64,000 nucleotides of DNA from assembly GCF_001194135.2 (NCBI RefSeq), contig NC_068982.1:109550941-109614940 (forward strand), read 5' to 3'. Made by a program: the position numbers and the translations under genes. The notes under the pieces were generated by a model. That model had not been told where the DNA came from, searched no databases, and saw only the letters and a list, made by a program, of their open reading frames with translations. Position 1 is the stretch's first letter. Every line of letters starts with the position of its first letter. This DNA is from Octopus bimaculoides (taxonomy: Eukaryota). Of the stretch, positions 54,172 to 64,000 are shown piece by piece.

Positions 54172-56597
54172 GTAAGTTAAATAAGACACTAGACAAAACC
54201 TTTTCATTTATATTTGCATATATACTTTCTCTCATGTTTTTAATGTTTCAAATTATCTCTATAAACAAGGAGTTTGTTTGATTGGGATGTTCCACCAATA
54301 ATGCTTCAGCTGGAAAATTTACTCCACACCTTAAATACTTTTTATACTTCTCTCGGGACAGTCCTTTAGAGCATAGTAGTGTATGAACAAATAGTATTTT
54401 TGGACTGTAGCTGGCTAATCGCATATATAAAATCTCTTGTATATCTTACTTCACCAATCCTACAAGCTTCCTAAACAAACTCAGGGATGGATCTTGTGAA
54501 TGCATGTACAATAGAACTCAGCCTTGGGTGGTTGATAACAATGCGACATTGCTCTTTATGATAATTGATTTATTAGACATTAGTTTTGCTATGATATCAA
54601 TATCAGCATTTAAAATCAATACTTTATTAAGCTAATTTATGTTGGCTACTGCAGTTATATTGGTGACCTTCTTTCATTATCATTTTATTATTGCAGAGTC
54701 CTAGCATGCAACATTTATAGTGGTAAGATCAACCAATGAAACTGTTGAAAACTGGTATTTCGTCTGATTAAATCAGCTTCAAGAAAAACAGCTTTGTTGT
54801 TAACAGTAGAAACATTTTGTAACTAAAGAATAATTCCTTAGATTCCGGCATTAAGCTAAAATCTTATGTGGAAAATTCTACCATAGATTAACATCCCATC
54901 CAAGACGAATGATATTTCTAAATTCCTAATGAAAATGCCTTCTATGAAAATGCCTTCTATGAAAAGGAGCTATATACACTGTGTAACGTCTAGTAATACC
55001 TTCATATGAGTAAGAAAGTTAACGCAAAAATTAAATACGTAAAAGCTGATATGTTGAGTGAAGCTAGCACTAATCATCGCACGAATGTTTTGTCGCAAAG
55101 TTTCAATTTTAATGTGAAACCATTTACTTATGCTAGAAACATGCATTGTTTAGAAACTGTGGTATGATTTAGAAGATGCGTGAAACTTTCATTTGCTATA
55201 TATTCAATAGTTAAGACGGTTAATGCTTGATTAAGTTCATTGTTATTTATTTTGTAGTAACATATCAGTTTATTATTTATCCTCTATTTGGTACCACTAA
55301 CTAAATTTTGGCTAAAGCGCCTTATTGAATTGTCACGCGGCACCTGATTGTACAATATTAAATATACGATGGAAAATAGCTGGTGTATTCTACACAGGGA
55401 ATAGAATGAAACAAAGCTTTTATTTCTTGTATATATATTTCAGAAAATTAAATGATGATCCAGGAAATAAGTTATAGTTACAAACATATCTAGTTGATTA
55501 TGAACAGAGTGCACAGAAATCAAAACACACATGCACATACATACATTCACTAAGTGCATATATAGGCACAGATGTCCTTTCGAAATAATCCGTTCATGCG
55601 CAGGATGAAAAAAATTCACTGCAGAGAGATTTTTTGAACACTCTGTATATATGCATGTATCTTGCGTGTTGCAAGGTATGTATATCTATATATACATTTA
55701 TGTATATGTGTGCGTGTGTATGCGCATGAGTATCTAATTATTTATTTATTTACTCGTGTGCGCATACACACATACATACAAAATGTAATACAAAACTTAA
55801 GTTTTGAAACAACAATTTTTAAAGCTTTCGCTGTAAAGCTTTAGTCTGATGTAAATGGAACTTACTATACTCTTCACACTCAGAAATATAAAGGAAATAG
55901 ACCTAACAGATTTCACACTTCGTTGTTCAGCCACCAGAGAACAAGTACCCTTCATTCTTTTGCCCATGGAGACAAATTATTGCAATCGCTACATCTTTAG
56001 TGAATAACAAAATGTATTTACATATGGTTAAAAGTTCACAGGGAAGCCTTACAATTCATTGTTTTAAATATATCTTAGTTTGTTTCTAATACACGATGTG
56101 TTGTACATAAATATTCATTAATTATATATATATATATGTACATATTTACCTGAATATATGAGTGCGTATGTGTGAGAATGTGTGTATGATTGTTTTGTAT
56201 AATAATTAGTCAATTTGCTTTGGATAATGTGAACAAGCAAAAAATAAATGAATATCAACATCTAACAAAACAATGTATAATTGATATCTATAATCATGAT
56301 TTGACTACATCGTTAATATACTTTATAGTAATATAGATTTCTCATGATATATGATGATGAGTTTACAGCAATGGAGTAGTCCCTATTAACAATAATCTGA
56401 GGCAATGCTTACACAAATGTAACGTAAAGAAGATAGGATAAACAGTGTCATCTGTGAAATCTGCAGATTTTAAGAAAATCCCAAATAATTTGATATAATA
56501 TAAATCAGAATTAATTTCAGCTTTTTCGAAAATAAATCATATGTATGGTTTAATATGATAGCGAAGCTAATCTTATTGTTAAACGTATTTATTGTAG

Positions 56598-56705
56598 ATG
56601 GTTCGAGTGGAAATGACAGGCAATATCTTTGGTCAGAATTTATCCTACTTAGAAGTTTAAAGCATGCCAATATCATCCGATTAATTGGCGTTTGTTCTTG
56701 GAGAG
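56598..56705 (+). CDS. RET: RET-like kinase exon, alphaC/subdomains III-IV (equivalent to human RET exon 13)
   Basis: Acceptor tttattgtag and donor G|gtatgt. 108 nt, phase 1 to 1. Encodes NGSSGNDRQYLWSEFILLRSLKHANIIRLIGVCSWR, which aligns without gaps to RET [36 protein letters not shown]. Confidence 0.88.
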
Positions 56706-56995
56706 GTATGTATAATCTTTATAATTATATCTAAGAAAAGAATAATCAATCATTTATTCAATTAATCAATAAATTAATGAAATTATGTAATCGCTCATTT
56801 ATCCACCATTTGAAACTTTTCTCTAGCTCTAGCTTTTTCCATCTCCAGCACAATCTTCTCTTTATGCATGCAAGGAATAGCGAGCGCACGAATGGGAGTT
56901 ATATGAATATGTGAGCAGTGCATGTTTTTATATCTGAAATTCTTTATGAATAGAAAAAAGTGTTTGAAAATTACAAACTGTTGCTTCTTCAATCG

Positions 56996-57120
56996 TATGA
57001 GGTGGTATCAAAAAGTTCCCGGACTAGTTACATTTAATAAAAATAATAACTTATTTCTAACATGAACTCCTAATAATACACCGGTCCCAGCGTTCCTACC
57101 ACTTAAGGAATTTACAATAT
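56996..57120. mobile_element. Mariner terminal fragment, interrupted by a SINE
   Basis: TA + tgaggtggtatcaaaaagttcccggact is a mariner-type TIR. Confidence 0.6.
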
Positions 57121-57129
57121 GTCTTTTGT

Positions 57130-57508
57130 GGAGGCGCAATGGCCCAGTGGTTAGGGCAGCGGACTCGCGGTCGTAGGATCGCAGTTTCGATTCCCAGACC
57201 GGGCGTTGTGAGTGTTTATTGAGTGAAAACACCTAAAGCTCCACGAGGCTCCAGCAGGGGATGGTGGTGAACCCTGCTGTACTCTTTCATCACAACTTTC
57301 TCTCATTCTTTCTTCCTGTATCTGTTGTACCTGTATTTCAAAGGACCAGACTTGTCACACTGTGTCACGCTGAATATCCCCGAGAACTACATTAAGGGTA
57401 CACGTGTCTTTGGAATGCTCAGCCACTTGCACGTCAATTTCACGAGCAGGCTGTTCCGTTGATCGGATCAACTGGAACCCTCGACGTCGTAAACGACGGA
57501 GTGCCAAC
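57130..57508 (+). mobile_element. Full-length tRNA(Arg)-like SINE (family D)
   Basis: Colinear with and highly similar to 50038-50415. Confidence 0.9.
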
Positions 57509-57744
57509 TTAATACTTTAATGTTTCATACCGATCTAATAAATATTAGCCTTCAGATATACAGTGACCTTACAAATATATAGTGGCAAATAAAATGTAGG
57601 AATTATAGTGGTCTACAGTTGCACTGTGATGTACATGAATATAGAGGCACCAGATATACACTTTTATACCTTTCTACAGAATTTACACCTGACACTGTGT
57701 GTCACAAGGCTATACATTTCAAATGAAAGATGAAATCCATCCAA

Positions 57745-57895
57745 CAAGTTTCTATATAGTTTCCTTCTATCCAAGTTCACTCACAAGTCTGGATCGTCCT
57801 GCGGCTGTAGAAAACGACAGTGTCACTACGTGGTTTTGAACCCAGAAACTAGTAGTTGCGAAGCGAACTTCTTTACTGTTCAGTCATACTGCACC
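57745..57895 (-). mobile_element. Decayed SINE head (family A)
   Basis: tagtttccttctatccaagttcactcacaag...ttgaacccagaaac matches the head at 29710-29835. Confidence 0.55.
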
Positions 57896-58366
57896 CACTT
57901 AAGGGCTGTTCACTGATGTATCCATTACTTGATAATATTACTGTCTGAGATACTTTGACTATAGATCTGTCTGATTAACGCTAACCCGGGGCTAAACAAC
58001 AGCAGCAACTACACAACTAAGATTTCCAGTTCATGCGTCATTATTCCACTGTGTTTAATATGGCTGCACCAAGTTTCTTACGCTTAAAAGTAATTATGAT
58101 TTCTGTTGAATCTGATTAATTTAAGAGAATAACTACCGTTGCTGCAAACAGATATGAGTTCACCAGCTAATTTGCCCTAACTGGCTATGAATTTAAGTTC
58201 CATAGTTTAGATAATTGACAACAGTAGAAACAATATCGACTCGAGAGCTAATTCTGCCAATCATGTTATCCTTTCTTGATGCTATGCTTTAGAAATGTCA
58301 TGTAAGGATGAAGGTACAATACGATCATGTACTGAGAATAATTATTATTTGTTTGTGAATAGGCAT

Positions 58367-58401
<35 letters not shown>

Positions 58402-58790
58402 CAAAGGACTTGACTGTTGTGTCATCCATTGCTCTTGCAAAGCATTAGAAATTTAATAGAGGGGAACTGGCCATTGTTAAGTATCAAAACCCTCTAGTTT
58501 CAGCTCTCTGAAAACATAACTCCTTACTAACGCTATGGCCATTTTCATTTACTGAATTAAAACTTGTTCACATTTCAAATATCAAATATCTAAAAGCTTT
58601 GATGTGTAAATTATTTTTCGTTTAAAATAAAGCGTATTCAATAAGAATTCTTCAATTGGAAACATTGGAAAACATTAGGAAGTGCTTTTACCTAAAGGGT
58701 TGGATTAGTTGGGACAGGAAGTTGTTTTAGAATTATCCAGGCTTGCCTCAATTTTTTGTTTCTGTAAATGTTTTCGTTCCTTCTTTCTAT

Positions 58791-58834
<44 letters not shown>

Positions 58835-59401
58835 NNNNNNNNNNNNNNNNNNATATATATATATATATATATATATATAGCCATGATTCATGTAAAGCTA
58901 CATCAGGTTTAGTCGCAGTATTTTCCAAAGAAGTAAAAAAAAATACACGTTTGCTGCAAATGAAACTTAAAAAACATGCAACGCACTCTGAACACTCCAG
59001 TACACGCATACATGAATCAATAAAAAGTCATTAAGTGCACACTTATTTGTAATATACTTACTCACTAACATATACACCAGTGTTTTGTACCAATACATTA
59101 AACATCCTAAAGTGCGAACCAATGTATCAAACAACAGAGTGTTTAGTACTTGGTTAAAATTATCTAACCAAATCACAGATATAGAATAACCAAGCTGAAC
59201 GGGGAAATTGTATCTACATGATTAGATGTATTTCTACAAGAGCACTTTGCATGATAACATATTTGTAATCATCCGGAGACACGATGACAGTTTGTAATCA
59301 TCCGGAGACACGACGACTGTTTTATATTGTTTGTGATATTACAGTCAAGACAAAAGGGGGATACAAAAGTGCTGGAGAGAAAGAGAGAGAGAGGGGGAGA
59401 G

Positions 59402-59432
<31 letters not shown>

Positions 59433-62399
59433 GAGATGAAAAAGAAGTAGAAGAGCAGAAGACATAAGAGATATCGCTTCAGTTAATTTTCCTACATTAG
59501 TGAGATCAGCATTATCTTCCAATATACCCTACCCTCTCTTTCTACTTCTCACATGCAAATACTCTTACCGGCAGTCGTTCTTTTTATAATTCTCTTTCCT
59601 TCCCTTCATTTGTCAATCTGGCTTTCTATTTTTCTATTTTTCTATGCCTCTTTCCTTTTACATTTTTCTTTTATATATATATATATATTCAATTCTTTCT
59701 TTTCAAACAATCATTGCTCTCTCTCTCTCTCTTTCTCCTTTTCCTTCACATCTCTACATCCCCACATCTCTCTCTTTCTCATACATATACGTTTTTATTG
59801 TCGCATCTCTCTCTCTCTCTCTAACTCCTGAAACCCTACACTTATTACTATGTTTGACTACAGCCAGTCAAACATTCATAAATATATGAAGAATTCATAT
59901 CTCTACCTGTGTATACACACGTGAAATTTTATTACATGCATAGAACCAGACAAATGACGCATATTTTTCATTATATCATGCACATATGTATCTGTATAAA
60001 ATCATTTACATATATCTGATATACAGTTATATTGCTATCACTAATAATTTTTTGCCTAATAAACTTAAGTAAACTTTAACATATTCAGTATGTAGTTGAA
60101 TCCATTCTCAATAATGTTCGTTTGACTAACACTTAAAAATATAACGCAACGAAGGAATCTCTATTCAGTTGCAGGAAATAGCAGTCACAAGTCTTCTAAA
60201 TTATATCCTGACGTCTTAAAAATGAAGTGGTTCTCGATCTTTTTGATTTCGTAGTTCTTTGAGGATCAAATAAATATTTACTGACTCTCTTTGCATAGCA
60301 AGATTTTTTTTTATTTAAATGTAAAGTTGATAAGCCATGACAGACTGAGGATTGTATATAACAAACATCATTCAAAAGAATAAAATAAAGAAGTACAGAT
60401 AAAAAAACTGTTAAATGTTTATTTTGCTAAATCATTTTGTAGTTATTATGAATTCTATTGTAGTTATGACTGACCGATTCTTGAAAATAAATTGACGCCC
60501 TAAACTTGGTAGCTTATGACGACTATTTGTAAACTGTTCTTCTTTTCTCACAGTTAATTTTTGCATTGGAACAAATAATGTAATGTTTTTCAATAGTCTG
60601 CAGAAGCGCATAAATATGATTCCATACGAACTGTTCGAAACAATATAGTTCAAATGAACATGGTCCATTCGAAGTGGAGCCAACATGTTTATTTTTTGTC
60701 AACCTTGCTCAGTATCTAATGCGTTTGATATATTGATAAAATTACTTGGGATAGTGGAGGGATTAAAGTGCGATAATTTATCTTTTTTCTCTTCCCAATA
60801 GTTTTTCTACTCTTAAGCATGCTTTTCTTTATGATTTGACTTTTGACAAATTTGGAATGTAGTAATCATCTTATTATCTCTTTTTCTGCTCCCTTCTTTG
60901 CCAATTAAAAATGGTTTATTTTAAAGTTTTAGAAACATGAGTGTGAATAGAAAAAGACATTAAGAGTAGCACATTTTTTAAGATGCTCTTGTATTCGATC
61001 TAAATACCCTTTGTCGTGCACCACAAAATCGCAGCGCATCATTTCAGAAACGCCACTCTCGATAGTGTAGTCTGAAGTGTACTACGCCACTGTATACAAT
61101 GCGATTGTTATGGATGGAACACATGTAGCCACAGGTCTGGTCAATCTAGGCTAACTAAAAATGACTACAAACACAGTGATAACAAACACATTAATAGTAT
61201 CATAGCAATAACAAAATCAGCAACAAAAAATTGTTATTCTTATGGTTACCTTTGGCAATAGCGAAAGCTATGCTTTCCACTTTTTCCATTTAACACTGGA
61301 AAAGTGACTGATTATTACTTTTCGTCAATGTAGTCTCCCGTGAGGGAATATGATTAACTCAACATAAAACTGTAAAAGTCGACTAAAGATTATCCATAAT
61401 AAGATATGACGAAGCACGGAATCGGATGTTTAAACAGAATATACTTACAAAAAGACGCGTACATACGTGCATAATCTGCATAAAGCCATCCGTCCTTTTA
61501 TTCATCCATCCATGTATTCATGTATACACACGAACATAACATCAACTTAGATGTAAAAATATATATGCAGTTGAAAGGGAACAGGATCCTATGGATTGGT
61601 AGTGAACTATTCAAGTAGTATTCACTCCTCAATGATCTATTGTGAGACTCCAGAATTACTAGACTAGCGAACCTCAACAAAGACCTGGAAGATAAATGCT
61701 GCATAGCACAAAATGGTTATGCATGTGCACGTTTTCCATAAATTTCACTATGAGGCTAATTTCAAAATGACCTTTGGACTCGTAAATCTTACATCACGTT
61801 ACATTTTGAAGGTTTTGTTTTCACAATCCAAGAGAAGGAGATAGTAAACCAAACAGCATTTGGCTAGTGTAAGGGATGGGGAGATTTTCAACAGACATAC
61901 CTAGAGAATGCCTTTATCATATCATGCTAGAATTGTAATATGATATTTAGTTTTTTTTTAATCTCAACTGTCAAATTGAAGAGTGTTTATGGCAAAATTC
62001 CTGCCCCGTTGAAACTATAACTGACCAATTCAAATACACAGAGGAGGCATGTAGAACCAAGTTAGTTATTTAGGTCAACATGGAAATCTCATTTGATCAG
62101 AACTATTTCTAAATAGAAACCAAGTATAAGATTGGTTGAGTGAAAATAATATCTTGCTCGCTAAGGAAGATATTGCACATAATACCTAGGAGAAAAAAAA
62201 TTATGATATCTAGGAGAAAAAAATCTACACGTACAAGGACTTCCGGAAATTTTCGGAGGAAATGGTTGCACAACAAATTTTTCCTCGCCACTTAGCAGGT
62301 GACTGATTAAATGAAACTCTAAAACTGAATTTAAGAAGATAAATATATACAAGCTAGAATTTATACGTTCATACAAACATACATACATACATACATACA

Positions 62400-62429
<30 letters not shown>

Positions 62430-62430
<1 letters not shown>

Positions 62431-63500
62431 TCATGTGAGACGAAGTTACAGCAGTAGAAGCATAAGAGCAGTACAAACAGCCCTTGAATATCGCACTCAG
62501 GCAACATCTGCTGAGCAGTAAAGAAAGAAATGAGTACATTCCATGCTTGCTCAAAGTGAGAGCAACATCTTCAGAGTTGCAGATGAACTACTGTGAAATA
62601 CCCTGAGAATACAACTGTCTCATGCAACCCAAAGGAGAATGGACTGGGCTAACTAAACAGGAGCTTGGAGGAGAAGCAGGCATCGTTCCAAGAAATAGCA
62701 ATGCATGGGTATATATCCTGTAAGCTAGAGGGCTACAACAACCTCACCTTGACTTGCGATTCGTACATTACATCTCATCTAGAAGGATATGCTATCGCTA
62801 TTCAGGAACAGGAGACAGCTACTACATACCTGATAAACAAGAGGGACAAACATACCACCAAAGCTCCATTGTGATAATAAATATCGGCTCTGCTATACCA
62901 CTGTGGAAGATATCATCCACATCATCAGTAGCTACGGGACTCTACCTGTCCCAGAGGCATGATATAATTTCAAAGACTATTTACAATTCTATCCACAAGA
63001 AGGACTTCCCTGACGTATACACCAACAACAGTGCATGCATTTCGTTATGTTTGCACTGAGTTGATGTTTTTATTGGAACGTTCCACCAATATTCAATGTC
63101 AGACTTTCAAAAACATTGAATACTGGTGGAACATTCCAATAAAAACATCAGCTTAGTGCAAACTTAACAGACTTGATATTCTTCTGTGGGACAGGGAACG
63201 AAATTCATGCACTGTTATTGAGGTCAGCTGCTCAGCGGATGTGAATGTACCATCAAAGGTCCAGGAAAAAAGAGAACATTTATGGCGAATTAATGCGGAA
63301 CTTACAGCTCTTGTACCCTGACTATGAATTTTTATTTGTACCTGTAATCATAGGTGCATTAGGTTATGTACAAAAACCTAGAATAATTTGATGTCTCGGG
63401 AAATGGCAAAAAAAAAAAAAAACTGACACGGATTCTCCAAATCCAGTATATTAGTAGCACGCTGGAGATTTGTAAGACATTCCAAACATTCTCCAACTCA
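62430..63500 (+). mobile_element. R4/Dong-like LINE 3' part (zinc knuckle + RLE endonuclease relic)
   Basis: SHLEGYAIAIQEQE, CDNKYRLC...VEDIIHIISS, QRHDII, YWWNIPIKT, DILLWD...VIEVSC and VPVIIGALGY. Confidence 0.8.
63049..63163. repeat. 50-bp inverted duplication (hairpin, 15-nt loop) inside the LINE relic
   Basis: 63049-63098 versus 63114-63163, with 4 transition differences. Confidence 0.9.
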
Positions 63501-63967
63501 GATACCTATGTGAATAATGCTCACACTTGGGTGTACGTATCGGCAGTTCAACCAACGCACGAACTCAACTACATATTTACAAACACCGCGAACTCTCTTA
63601 ACTCAAATAGTCTTGACGCTTTCTTAGCGGGATATACTAGCAAATGGTTCTCACGCCATTTGGCATATAGCCATAGACAGCGATTTAACTTACATGTGGA
63701 CTCGTTTCGGGTACGCAGTATTGACAAGTCACAAAATGACGAAACATTAATGTCTATCACTCCAGTAAGCGGACATGATGCGAGTTATCTCGCATGTCTC
63801 TATAACTTCCAGGTCTTTTAACACCAGACGAATTAATGAGAATATATTCTTTTACGCCTACAATCGCAGCCTGCCCACGGACTGGCAAAGCACATACCTT
63901 GCATATGTGTGTTCGATATTGCTTATGTGTATGTGTATGTCTCTGTGTGTGCGTGTATGTATGTATG

Positions 63968-64000
<33 letters not shown>

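Noticed and set aside
54017-54235. Minus-strand hydrophobic ORF (LLLAIFTVTGACIFW)
   Set aside because: Antisense shadow of the real kinase exon.
56706-64000. Next RET exon (P.L.IVEY..GSL..L, subdomain V)
   Set aside because: No matching in-frame segment with splice sites was found. It probably lies beyond the window, so HRD/DFG status cannot be judged.

Overview
This is AT-rich, microsatellite-saturated eukaryotic DNA with 11 N-gaps. The SINE families and repeat landscape point to an octopus (coleoid cephalopod) genome, which is an inference. The only host gene I can support is a RET-like receptor tyrosine kinase on the + strand, seen as three exons missed or mis-framed by the ORF track. The first is a transmembrane/juxtamembrane exon (6062-6360) with the RET-type CxxxC motif. 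The other two are kinase N-lobe exons (54021-54171, 56598-56705). Their splice phases and sizes match human RET exons 11-13 as recalled from memory. The glycine-rich loop is degenerate (NRDGKFG in place of LGEGEFG), and three deviations from RET are single A-to-G changes from the consensus residue. The ~47.7 kb intron is filled with decayed mobile elements: mariners, Tigger, MULE, CR1/L2-group and R4/Dong-like LINEs, Penelope-like elements and several tRNA-derived SINE families. It also contains a sequence-intact minimal type I hammerhead ribozyme in the sense orientation of the gene and long fold-back hairpins. I found no rRNA, bona fide tRNA or CRISPR array. Family comparisons are from memory; no searches were run.
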